From Candidatus Omnitrophota bacterium (lineage in GTDB: Bacteria > Omnitrophota > Gorgyraeia > Zapsychrales > JANLHA01), in assembly GCA_020632555.1 (NCBI GenBank), contig JACKFI010000009.1, positions 1,966-65,965 on the forward strand: 64,000 nt of DNA, read 5' to 3'. Positions 22,758 through 32,000 of the stretch are shown here, piece after piece; position 1 is the first letter of the stretch; every line of letters starts with the position of its first letter. The notes under the pieces are model-generated. The model did not search any database, was not told the origin of the DNA, and was given only the letters and a program-made list of their open reading frames with translations. A program made the position numbers and the translations under genes.

Positions 22758-22852
22758 AATAACGCAACGACCTAGACTCCATCGAAAAAAATCGATAAAG
22801 AATAGAATAAATCCTTATCTAACAGTCATTTAAATAAGGAAATGTTTTCGTT

Positions 22853-23062
22853 GCTTTCTCCCATCTAGGCTTTGTATCCGCTTAATTGCAACGGACATCC
22901 GCATCAAATGCGGAACTATTGGCCCGGGAATCTCACCCGATCTGCATCGCTTAAAATCAACAATGCTCGTAGGCTTACCTCAGAGGAAAAGACTTAAGGA
23001 TCACTACCAGCTGGGACTTTCACCCATGCCTCGTGTCAAAACCCACGAGACTTCCCGAAAGC
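22853..23062 (-). promoter_or_regulatory. FMN riboswitch (RFN element)
   Basis: The minus strand carries the conserved blocks in the canonical order. These are GGGUGAAAGUCCC, CUGGUAGU, AGCCUACGAGC, GGGUGAGAUUCCCGG, GCCAAUAGU and AAAGCCUAGAUGGGAGAAAGC. The P1 halves are GCUUUC and GAAAGC. It lies upstream of ribBA. Confidence 0.85.
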
Positions 23063-23072
23063 TAATTTGGGT

Positions 23073-23101
23073 AATATATTAGAAATGCTATCACTTGTCA
23101 A
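23073..23101 (-). promoter_or_regulatory. Sigma-70-type promoter of the rib operon
   Basis: Minus strand reads TTGACA, a 17-nt spacer, then TATATT, about 10 nt upstream of riboswitch P1. Confidence 0.6.
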
Positions 23102-23141
23102 GAACACAGGCTTGGTTAATTTTGTCGATATTTCAAGCGGA

Positions 23142-23816
23142 TCATCTGCGGATTTCCCACATTTCCTTCAAATTAACAAACTCATCTTGTAAAAAAGCTC
23201 CCCCGGCTGTCCTGACCGGATCTAAAACACTTTCCTGAGCACTAAAGTTTTGTAAAACATAGCTTTGCGCTCCGGCAACAAGGTGTGCCAATTTCAAAAA
23301 ATCCGTATTTCCCAATAATGACTTAACTATCGTCGTTCGAAATTGATGTTGAATTCCTGAGCCCTTGATGATCGCAATGCTTTCTTCAATCAATTTTGTC
23401 GAAACTGGCACCCCAGCTAATTTCTCATAAGCTTCTAAAGGCGCCTTTAAATCCATCGCAATAAAATCCACCAAATTCTCTTGAATAACTTCCCTTAAAA
23501 CATCCGGCCGGCTGCCATTGGTGTCCAGCTTTACCGGATAACCCAAATGTTGAAGGCGACGCAAAAATTCCAATAAATCTTTGTGCAGAGTCGGTTCCCC
23601 TCCCGTAATCACAACACCTCCCAACACATCCTTGCGCTTAGCAAGAAAGCTGATGACCGCCTCCTCAGGAATAACAGCCTGAAAACAGGAAGGGATCACC
23701 AGCTCTTTATTATAACAGTACGGACAACGAAAATTACATCCCTGCGTGAAAACTACCGCGGCTGTTTTCCCAGGATAATCAACCAAAGATAGTTTGATTA
23801 AACCGCCGATTTGCAT
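23142..23816 (-). CDS. nrdG: Anaerobic ribonucleotide reductase activating protein (radical SAM)
   Basis: 224 aa with the GCNFRCPYCYN radical-SAM cluster motif. Overlaps the nrdD 3' end. Confidence 0.88.
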   Translation of the reverse strand: MQIGGLIKLSLVDYPGKTAAVVFTQGCNFRCPYCYNKELVIPSCFQAVIPEEAVISFLAKRKDVLGGVVITGGEPTLHKDLLEFLRRLQHLGYPVKLDTNGSRPDVLREVIQENLVDFIAMDLKAPLEAYEKLAGVPVSTKLIEESIAIIKGSGIQHQFRTTIVKSLLGNTDFLKLAHLVAGAQSYVLQNFSAQESVLDPVRTAGGAFLQDEFVNLKEMWEIRR

Positions 23817-25915
23817 ATTTTATACGTTTGACGATTCACAAACTCTTCTTTCTTACCATTATTCCACTGTTTAACCGGGCGCAAATACCCCACAACTCGC
23901 GAATACACTTCACACTCCGTCTCACACTTTGTGCAAAACTTATGCTCACCGGCCACATAACCGCAATTAGGACAAATGCTAAATGTCGGCGTAATTGTAA
24001 AATACGGTAAATGATATTTTTCACATACCGTCTTAATGAGTGTTTTCAAAGCCGTTGTATTTTCAATTCGCTCGCCAACAAAAAGATGCAACACTGTTCC
24101 ACCTGTATATTTAACCTGCAGATGATCTTGAATATCCAAGACTTCAAAAACATCATCAGAATAATTCACAGCCAAATGAGTGGAATTGGTATAAAAAGGC
24201 TCTCGTCCCTGACGATACAACTCTTCATTAGCACAAATGATTTCTGGGAAAGTTGCTTTATCAAGCCTGGCCATACGATAAGAAACACCTTCAGCAGGCG
24301 TTGCTTCAAGATTGTAATAGTCTCCAGTTTCCTTTTGAAAATCAATCAACTTGGCTCGCATGTGGTCAAGGATACGTCGACTAAACTCTTGTCCTTTCAA
24401 GCTGGCAATAGATTCCCCAAAAAGATTAAGGCATGCTTCATTCATACCAACCAAACCAATAGTTGAAAAATGATTTTTCCAGTATTCATCAAATCGTTGT
24501 TTAACATTTCGCAAATAAAAACGCGCATAAGGGTATAAACCATTCTCAGTAAACTCCTCAAGAACCTTACGTTTAATTTCCAAACTGCTTTTAGCTAACA
24601 ACATCAATTTATCTAGACGAGCGATGAATTCTTCTTCTGATTTCGACAAATATCCCAAGCGCGCCATATTAACCGTCACAACACCCGCCGAACCAGTCAA
24701 AGGTGAAGCACCAAAAAGCCCGCCCCCGCGACTACGTAATTCCCGATTATCAATTCGCAAACGACAACACATGCTGCGCGCATCTTCAGGGCTCATATCA
24801 GAATTCACGAAGTTAGCAAAATACGGCACTCCGTACTTTGCAGTAATTTTCCAAAGAAGGTCAATATTCTCATTGTCCCAATCAAAATCTTTCGTGATAT
24901 TGTAAGTCGGAATCGGAAAGGTGAAAACACGGCCCTTGGCATCGCCTTCTAACATCACTTCTAAAAACGCACGATTAAAGAGATCCATCTCCGCTTGAAA
25001 TTCACCATAGGTGCATTGTTGCGCAACCCCACCAAGAATAACAGGCTGATCACGATAATAAGAGGGAACATTTAAATCGAGGGTAAGATTTGTAAAAGGC
25101 GTTTGAAATCCAACGCGCGTCGGGACATTCACATTAAAAATAAATTCCTGCAAAGCTTGTTTGACGTCCGTGTATTTCATTTTATCAAAACGAACAAACG
25201 GCGCCAAAAGAGTATCAAAATTTGAAAACGCCTGAGCACCAGCTGCTTCCCCTTGCAAAGTATAAAAGAAATTAACAATCTGCCCTAAAGCACTGCGCAA
25301 ATGTTTAGCCGGAGCTGACTCCATCTTTCCTGATGCGCCTTTAAATCCTTCTTTCAAAAGGTCCTGCAAATCCCAACCGACACAATAAACACTCAACAAA
25401 CCTAAGTCATGAATGTGCAAATCCCCATTTTTATGCGCTTCCTTAATCTGCGGCGTATAAATCTTATTGAGCCAATAGGTTTTTGTAATCTCCGTCGATA
25501 TGTAATTATTTAAACCTTGCAATGAATAAGCCATATTGCTGTTTTCATTCACCTTCCAATCCGCTTGCCCGAGGTATTTATCAACCAGTTCAACCTTGTC
25601 TTTAAGCGCCAACTCTCGCAATTTCGCATGTTGATCACGATAAATAATATAAGCCTTAGCAGTCTTTCGGTACGGAGAAGTCAGCAGAACTTCTTCGACA
25701 ATATCCTGAATATTTTCAATACTGAGTGTTTGCTGAGCATATAACTGATGAATAATATTCACAACACGAACAGTCAAATTTTGTGCGACATCCTGATTAA
25801 ACTCACCTGTTGCTTCTCCAGCTTTACGAATCGCCGCCATAATCTTTTGCGAATCAAAATCTTCCGGCTTGCCATTTCGTTTAACGATGCTAATCAATGT
25901 TTGTACTGGCCCCAT
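23798..25915 (-). CDS. nrdD: Anaerobic ribonucleoside-triphosphate reductase
   Basis: 705 aa with an N-terminal ATP-cone, a C-terminal Zn ribbon (CPNCG...CTKCE) and the glycyl-radical motif SRVVGY. Confidence 0.92.
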   Translation of the reverse strand: MGPVQTLISIVKRNGKPEDFDSQKIMAAIRKAGEATGEFNQDVAQNLTVRVVNIIHQLYAQQTLSIENIQDIVEEVLLTSPYRKTAKAYIIYRDQHAKLRELALKDKVELVDKYLGQADWKVNENSNMAYSLQGLNNYISTEITKTYWLNKIYTPQIKEAHKNGDLHIHDLGLLSVYCVGWDLQDLLKEGFKGASGKMESAPAKHLRSALGQIVNFFYTLQGEAAGAQAFSNFDTLLAPFVRFDKMKYTDVKQALQEFIFNVNVPTRVGFQTPFTNLTLDLNVPSYYRDQPVILGGVAQQCTYGEFQAEMDLFNRAFLEVMLEGDAKGRVFTFPIPTYNITKDFDWDNENIDLLWKITAKYGVPYFANFVNSDMSPEDARSMCCRLRIDNRELRSRGGGLFGASPLTGSAGVVTVNMARLGYLSKSEEEFIARLDKLMLLAKSSLEIKRKVLEEFTENGLYPYARFYLRNVKQRFDEYWKNHFSTIGLVGMNEACLNLFGESIASLKGQEFSRRILDHMRAKLIDFQKETGDYYNLEATPAEGVSYRMARLDKATFPEIICANEELYRQGREPFYTNSTHLAVNYSDDVFEVLDIQDHLQVKYTGGTVLHLFVGERIENTTALKTLIKTVCEKYHLPYFTITPTFSICPNCGYVAGEHKFCTKCETECEVYSRVVGYLRPVKQWNNGKKEEFVNRQTYKICKSAV

Positions 25916-25977
25916 TCAAAAACCTCCTGTCAAAGATCTTTAATGATTAATCTCCCCAATTTGCAAAACCATATTAC

Positions 25978-26025
25978 ACACAATATATTGTACGTAAATA
26001 CGTAATTATACTTACATATTGTGCT
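25978..26025 (-). promoter_or_regulatory. Tandem NrdR boxes upstream of nrdD
   Basis: Box 1 is acACAATATATTGTac, containing a perfect 12-bp palindrome at 25980-25991. Box 2 is ACTTACATATTGTGCT (26010-26025). Their centres are 32 bp apart. Confidence 0.7.
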
Positions 26026-26053
26026 TGTCGGCGCTATTGTTCTTCCGGCACCC

Positions 26054-26084
26054 ACAAAAAAACCATCGCCTTATGAGCGATGGT
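26054..26084 (-). terminator. Intrinsic terminator after the 87-aa ORF
   Basis: ACCATCGC (26062-69) pairs with GCGATGGT (26077-84). The minus strand then continues with TTTTTTT. Confidence 0.75.
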
Positions 26085-26104
26085 CTTGTAGAAAAACAAA
26101 ATTA

Positions 26105-26368
26105 CTATTTTAAACTTTTCTTTACTGTTGTCGATTTAACGCTTTTACCAGCAATATAATGCTTAACCCATCCCGCCGAAAACTTAGCCATCCAATCATC
26201 AGCGGCTTTTTCAAATCCAATATCATAGCCAGATTTTTCACTCTCAATCCACAAATGACGCTTGATCTCTTCAATAACGCGGGGATCTTTCAACAATTCT
26301 TCTCGACTAACCTTAGCCATACCAACAGCTCCGTTATGATTAAACAATGCTGATAGAATTTTTTTCAT
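26105..26368 (-). CDS. Small conserved-looking hypothetical protein
   Basis: 87 aa with the motif IEEIKRHLWIESEKSGYDIGFEKAADDW. It has its own terminator. I cannot assign a family confidently. Confidence 0.5.
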   Translation of the reverse strand: MKKILSALFNHNGAVGMAKVSREELLKDPRVIEEIKRHLWIESEKSGYDIGFEKAADDWMAKFSAGWVKHYIAGKSVKSTTVKKSLK

Positions 26369-26576
26369 GCGGCCCCCCTTCTTGGCCCGTAAGGCCCCCG
26401 CTGATAAATTGAATTAGAACAAATCGTATTGCAACTTTGTGCTTATTCTAAGCATAATCTATTGAGAAATCAAGACTTTCAGATAAAAGATACCTTGCCA
26501 TAGTACTGCTTTTCATTTTTTTATTGAACCAAAACATATTTTCACCTATTGTAAATACATCTACAAAGCTAAAACT

Positions 26577-27377
26577 ATGACATTACTTAATAAACTCGAA
26601 AGCGATTCTATCTACATTATTCGCGAAGCGTATAGTCGATTTGGCAATATCGCACTGCTCTGGTCAATTGGTAAAGATTCAACAACTTTGTTATGGCTCT
26701 GTCGTAAAGCTTTTTTTGGCCAAATCCCTTTTCCCGTTTTACATATTGACACAAGTTATAAATTTAAAGAAATTTATTCATTTCGCGAAAAATACGCCAA
26801 ACACTGGAACTTAAATCTACTCGTCGAAAGAAATGATCTTGCCTTAGCCAATGGAATGAACAATACTCAAGGAAAATTTATCTGCTGCGACAAGCTCAAA
26901 ACACAAACTCTCAAATCCGCGATTCAAAAATATAATTTTCAAGCCATCTTACTGGGCATTCGTCGTGACGAACATGGTATTCGCGCCAAAGAAAGATTTT
27001 TCTCACTACGCAATGCTGATCAACATTGGAATTATGGCACTCAAGCACCAGAGCTTTGGGATCTTTATCAAACCAAATTATCGACAGACCACCACTTTCG
27101 CGTGCACCCGCTTTTAGGCTGGCGAGAAATTGATGTTTGGAATTATATCCAGCAAGAAAAGATTCCCGTCACTGATTTATACTTCTCGAAAAATAAAAAA
27201 CGTTTCCGTTCCATTGGCTGTGAACCTTGCTGCGCGGCCGTTGTTTCTGGAGCAAATTCCTTAAAGAAAATTATTAAGGAACTACAAATAACAAAAACTT
27301 CTGAACGCAGCGGACGAGCTCAAGATAAAGAAGATTCTTACAATATGCAAAAATTACGCAGCCTCGGATATATGTAA
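26577..27377 (+). CDS. cysD: Sulfate adenylyltransferase subunit 2
   Basis: 266 aa with the PP-loop SIGKDS and the C-terminal RAQDKE...LRSLGYM typical of CysD. Confidence 0.88.
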   Translation: MTLLNKLESDSIYIIREAYSRFGNIALLWSIGKDSTTLLWLCRKAFFGQIPFPVLHIDTSYKFKEIYSFREKYAKHWNLNLLVERNDLALANGMNNTQGKFICCDKLKTQTLKSAIQKYNFQAILLGIRRDEHGIRAKERFFSLRNADQHWNYGTQAPELWDLYQTKLSTDHHFRVHPLLGWREIDVWNYIQQEKIPVTDLYFSKNKKRFRSIGCEPCCAAVVSGANSLKKIIKELQITKTSERSGRAQDKEDSYNMQKLRSLGYM

Positions 27378-28621
27378 TGACAGGAAAATTTGATCAATTA
27401 AAAATTGCTATTTGTGGTCATATTGACCACGGAAAATCAACATTAATAGGACGTCTGCTTTTAGACACCAAATCTCTGCCAAAAGACAAACTGAAGGAGC
27501 TTCATATTATTGGCAAAACTTTCGGCGAAGCAACACAATTAGCTCACTTGTCTGACCATCTTAAAGAAGAACGGGATCGCAATATCACGATCGAAACGAC
27601 TCAAGTATTTTTTAAAACTCACAAACGCCCCTATTGCTTAATCGATACGCCCGGCCATCTAGAATTTATTCGCAACATGTTAACAGGCGCCAGCCAAGCA
27701 GAAGCCGCTTTATTACTAATTGATATCAATGAGGGCATTGCCCAGCAAACTTATCACCACGCCTATCTTCTCAAACTCCTCGCGCTACCCAACATCATTC
27801 TTTTGGTCAATAAAATGGATTTAGTGAATTATTCCCGAACAGCATTTGAAAGAACCAAAAATGATCTCCTAGGGCTATTTTCAAGACTTAAAATAAAATC
27901 TTCAAACATCATCCCAATAAGCGCTCTGCAAGGAGACAATATTTCTTGCAGCTCCAAGAAAATGCCCTGGTATCATGGGGCCCACGTCCTTAGCGTGCTG
28001 GACGCAATATCCAATGCTGACAATACCCTCTCCAAAAAAGATTTGTGCCTGCCGGTTCAGGATATTTACAGCATAAATGATAAAAATATTGTCGTCGGGC
28101 GTATAGCCGCCGGTAAAATTCACCAAGGACAAGAAATTACTGTTCTACCAGAAGGGCAAACAACAACTGTTAAAACTATTGAAATCTTTGATAATAAAAT
28201 TACCTCCGCAAGTGAAGGTAAAAATATTGGACTAACATTAACCACACAAACATCAATTCACCGCGGGAATATTCTTTGCGCCTCTAAGCTCGCACCTGAA
28301 AGAACAATATCTTTTCAAGGCAATATTTTCTGGCTAAGCTCTAAAGAACTGATTTTAGGTCAATCCGTTACTGTGCATTGTTCAACACAAGAATTTTGTT
28401 GTACTGTTACAAATATCATTGAAATCATCGATCCCACAAATTTAACAATCATTAAGAAAAACGCACAATCCTTAAAACAAAATCAAGCCGCGATTATTGA
28501 GTTTACTTTAACAACACCTGCTGTTTTAGAAAAACACTCTCATATACCAGAGCTGGGTCGTTACACGATTGAAAACAATCATGAACTTTGCGCAGCCGGA
28601 ATAGTTTTGTCAACCACATGA
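27377..28621 (+). CDS. cysN: Sulfate adenylyltransferase subunit 1 (GTPase), without a fused APS kinase domain
   Basis: 414 aa with G1 GHIDHGKST, DTPGH and NKMD motifs. Its start overlaps the cysD stop (TAATG). Confidence 0.85.
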   Translation: MTGKFDQLKIAICGHIDHGKSTLIGRLLLDTKSLPKDKLKELHIIGKTFGEATQLAHLSDHLKEERDRNITIETTQVFFKTHKRPYCLIDTPGHLEFIRNMLTGASQAEAALLLIDINEGIAQQTYHHAYLLKLLALPNIILLVNKMDLVNYSRTAFERTKNDLLGLFSRLKIKSSNIIPISALQGDNISCSSKKMPWYHGAHVLSVLDAISNADNTLSKKDLCLPVQDIYSINDKNIVVGRIAAGKIHQGQEITVLPEGQTTTVKTIEIFDNKITSASEGKNIGLTLTTQTSIHRGNILCASKLAPERTISFQGNIFWLSSKELILGQSVTVHCSTQEFCCTVTNIIEIIDPTNLTIIKKNAQSLKQNQAAIIEFTLTTPAVLEKHSHIPELGRYTIENNHELCAAGIVLSTT

Positions 28622-29880
28622 AAATGATGCGCAAAATAAAAAAACTTCCACTATCCCTATACTTGCTGATTTTACTTCTCATCCCTAATAAAGATTTAAA
28701 ACCCCTTTACGCCGCAAATTCAGAGAACTCTGCCGCACAAGCAGATTATGTCAAGACCATGATGGCTTTGCCTTATTTGCAAGGTTATTTTAAAGCGCCA
28801 ACAAAAACCAATGTTACTTTATACAATCGCGGCCTTACTCAAAAAGGATACAACCTTTATTCTTCTGGTCATGCCGCCTATGCCGCCTTAATTGATATGA
28901 AAGGTCACCTTCTTCACGAATGGGCCTATGATCTAAAAAAAGTTTGGCCAAATAAAACAACAGAGGAAACAACTCCTTTCTGGGAAAATATTTATCTTTT
29001 TCCCAACGGCGACTTGCTGGCAATTTATCACAATGGTGGAATTATCAAAATCAATAAGGACTCCCAGCTCTTGTGGTCTTACGAATGCACAGCCCATCAC
29101 GACATCGATGTCGATAACAACGGGAACGTTTATACCCTAACCAATGATTGGATCAAATTGAAAACAGGAGTACTGATCATTGACAATGCCATTCTTATGC
29201 TTTCGCCCGAAGGAAAATTTATTAAAAAAATTTCTTTTCTGCCAATGATGCATGCTTCACACAATTCCAGCGTCGAACAACTGCTCAAGCGGGTTGTTGG
29301 AATGGCCTTAAACGGCACACAAGATGTCTACCACACCAATACATTACAAATCATCGATGAAAAAAGCGCATCTCCAAATTCGCCAATCTTTAAAAAAGGA
29401 AACATCTTGATTTGCAGCCTAACCTTAAGCACTATTGCCATCATCGATCCTAATCAACAAGAAATGATTTGGGTCGCTGGCCCTCGACTTTGGATCGAAG
29501 GCCAGCACAATGCGACACTTCTGCCCAATGGAAACATTCTGACTTTTGATAATCATTATCAAAACCAAAAGGATCATTCCCGCGTTTTAGAATTCACGCC
29601 CTTATCAAAAAAGATTGCTTGGGAATATAAAGAGGCATCTTTGTTTACTGATACCCATGGTTCACAACAAAGACTTACCAATGAAAATACATTAATTATC
29701 GAAACCAACAAAGGCCGCGTCATTGAAGTAACAAAAAACAAAGACATCGTATGGGAGTTTCTTAACCCTCACACGACAGGTACGAATCATGATCTCATTG
29801 CCGCTATCTTTGCAATGTATCGCATTGATCCGGCATCGACAACTTCTTGGCTACAAAATTCTTCTGCCGATGGGATTTAA
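28618..29880 (+). CDS. Secreted arylsulfotransferase (ASST)-like beta-propeller protein
   Basis: About 420 aa with a signal peptide. The His-containing motifs HHDIDVDNNGNVYTL, VYHTNTLQ and GQHNATLLPNGNILTFDNH resemble ASST-family proteins. Its ATG overlaps the cysN stop (ATGA). Confidence 0.55.
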   Translation: MKMMRKIKKLPLSLYLLILLLIPNKDLKPLYAANSENSAAQADYVKTMMALPYLQGYFKAPTKTNVTLYNRGLTQKGYNLYSSGHAAYAALIDMKGHLLHEWAYDLKKVWPNKTTEETTPFWENIYLFPNGDLLAIYHNGGIIKINKDSQLLWSYECTAHHDIDVDNNGNVYTLTNDWIKLKTGVLIIDNAILMLSPEGKFIKKISFLPMMHASHNSSVEQLLKRVVGMALNGTQDVYHTNTLQIIDEKSASPNSPIFKKGNILICSLTLSTIAIIDPNQQEMIWVAGPRLWIEGQHNATLLPNGNILTFDNHYQNQKDHSRVLEFTPLSKKIAWEYKEASLFTDTHGSQQRLTNENTLIIETNKGRVIEVTKNKDIVWEFLNPHTTGTNHDLIAAIFAMYRIDPASTTSWLQNSSADGI

Positions 29881-29892
29881 AAGTCTTTAAAA

Positions 29893-31953
29893 TTAATCAA
29901 CGAAAAGCGATTGGCCATCAAAATCAAAAGATTGTATTTCCTTAGAGGAAAATCCTAATAAATGCAGAATTGTAGGACTTAAATCCATAATGGACGGTTC
30001 AACTTTTTCAATAGGTCTATTTGAAAACACAACGCCATCGACGAGTTTTGCATCAAAAAGATGCGATCCTGACCATTTGCGCAAATTATCTTCAATTAAC
30101 TCCTGAGGCACCGCACCCAAAGCTGTTTGCCACGAAGCGCCATATCCCACATTAAATCCAACAATCAAATCCGGGCCATGCTTTGCGACATAAGGACCGC
30201 TGTACACATCTTGCTCTTGATAAACTTTGCTCACAACAGGCTGTTTAAACTTGGGGTCTTCCCACGCTTCTAACCCTCGAACAATTTGATCTTTCAGTTG
30301 CGCTTTTTCAACCCCCGAATGAACAATACCTGCGGATTCACGCCCTAGTTCATTAATATAGATTGAGCCAAAACCAATCGCATAGGCTTTTGTCTTTGAC
30401 CAATCAATGCTTTTTAATAACGGTTCCCCTGTCAAAGCCCCCGCATCCTTTAACTCCAACAAACCCTGCTCTCGCAACCAACTGTTCAAATGCACCGTTC
30501 TACGATAGGTGTCAAATCCATGATCAGACAAAACCAACAAAGTGTCCTGCGGCCCAACCTGCTGCATCACTCGTCCCAAAATCTCATCCATTTTCTCATA
30601 CCATGTGTTGATCATATTCCGATACTCCGACGACGCTCCAGGATCATACAATGGATGTCTGGGATCAAGATACCGCCAAAACATGTGCTGGATAATATCA
30701 GGATCTTCAAAATAAAAATAAAAAACACCCTTTTCAAACTTTTTCAATTCCACAGATAACATTTTTTCCCGTTCCTGCAAAACATCATTCACCTGCTCAA
30801 GAAACTGATTTTCATCCAAACGCTTTTCATTTAAAGACCAAGTGTCAAACGGCATCCCTTGCGTATGAAAAAGACCGATTTCCTGACTTAACGTTCTGCT
30901 ATAAGCAAATGGGAAAGAAATTGGGAAAAAAGGATCGCGCGGGTCAATATTAAAAGGACTGACATATAACTTCAGCTGCGGGTCTGTTTCAACAACAAAA
31001 AACTTAAAAATCGCTTTAGCCTTGCGAAACAAGCCCAAGTCAAAAACAATCTCCTGCCACGAACTCCATTGTCCTTTAGCAACGAGCACTTTCTTACCTT
31101 GAAACTCAATTTCAATTTGATCAACGTTCGGAAAGGTCATTTTAAAAGGCACTTGAACATTTTCCACTTGACCGCTCAAACGAGAGACCCGCGGTCCAAC
31201 AAAATAATTCACTATCAGCGGCGACTTCTTAACATAAAAAACTTTACCTCCGCTGGTATCGACATTATTTTCCTGCTCGGAAGTATAAAAAGAGAATGTT
31301 CCTTCCGTCCCAAGAATATCCGGCACGCCCATCCCCGACAACATTTTTCCATAAACTCGATCTGGAGGAAAAGAAACCGGACAACCCAAAATAACCGTTG
31401 GTATTTTCTTTTCAGAAGTATATTGCCAAAAGCGCTTGGCTTTCAAAACAGGTTTAGCAACGGCATTTTGAGTATTAGACAAAGACAAAGATAATGAATA
31501 ATCTTTAGGATCACGCACAATGAAATCAAAAATCCCATTCTTCCCAGGATTTTTACCCGTCGAAAAAGCGCTCCACGCCACCGGAGATTCTGGCGGAATT
31601 GTCGTCCGCAAATGCCGATACCCACCAGCGACTTTTAATTTGGCAAAATTCTTTAATTTTCCAGCTGCCATCAGCGGCTCCATAATCCGCGGACTTAAAG
31701 CATCAAATCCAATAATAATCACTTTCTTATCAACAACCTTATTGGGCTTTTTCATGAATACAAATCCTGCGATTATGGTCAAAATGCCAATAACCAAAAC
31801 AATAAAACCTACCTTATGTCTCTTGAAAAAACGAAATATCTTCTTGAAGAAAAATAAACAACTGCTAAATAAACCTAAAGCAAATGTCAGCAATATCCCA
31901 CCCAAACTTGCCACAGTATATCCAGTCCCCGGATCAATATAACCAAAAATCAT
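29893..31953 (-). CDS. Membrane-anchored alkaline-phosphatase-superfamily enzyme (type I phosphodiesterase / nucleotide pyrophosphatase-like)
   Basis: 686 aa with an N-terminal IDPGTG motif and 2 TM helices. Also carries IIGFDALSP...TIPPESPVAWSAFSTGKNPGKNGIFDF and SDHGF motifs of the AP/NPP fold. Confidence 0.65.
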   Translation of the reverse strand: MIFGYIDPGTGYTVASLGGILLTFALGLFSSCLFFFKKIFRFFKRHKVGFIVLVIGILTIIAGFVFMKKPNKVVDKKVIIIGFDALSPRIMEPLMAAGKLKNFAKLKVAGGYRHLRTTIPPESPVAWSAFSTGKNPGKNGIFDFIVRDPKDYSLSLSLSNTQNAVAKPVLKAKRFWQYTSEKKIPTVILGCPVSFPPDRVYGKMLSGMGVPDILGTEGTFSFYTSEQENNVDTSGGKVFYVKKSPLIVNYFVGPRVSRLSGQVENVQVPFKMTFPNVDQIEIEFQGKKVLVAKGQWSSWQEIVFDLGLFRKAKAIFKFFVVETDPQLKLYVSPFNIDPRDPFFPISFPFAYSRTLSQEIGLFHTQGMPFDTWSLNEKRLDENQFLEQVNDVLQEREKMLSVELKKFEKGVFYFYFEDPDIIQHMFWRYLDPRHPLYDPGASSEYRNMINTWYEKMDEILGRVMQQVGPQDTLLVLSDHGFDTYRRTVHLNSWLREQGLLELKDAGALTGEPLLKSIDWSKTKAYAIGFGSIYINELGRESAGIVHSGVEKAQLKDQIVRGLEAWEDPKFKQPVVSKVYQEQDVYSGPYVAKHGPDLIVGFNVGYGASWQTALGAVPQELIEDNLRKWSGSHLFDAKLVDGVVFSNRPIEKVEPSIMDLSPTILHLLGFSSKEIQSFDFDGQSLFVD

Positions 31954-32000
31954 TGCTCACCAAAATATATGTCGCATAAAACCAGCATCACCATCAGCAT

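Noticed and set aside
26440-26454. Palindrome TGCTTA-TTC-TAAGCA upstream of cysD as a regulator site or riboswitch
   Set aside because: It is a single short palindrome with no second copy or recognisable riboswitch core (no SAM or other known conserved blocks visible). Evidence is insufficient.
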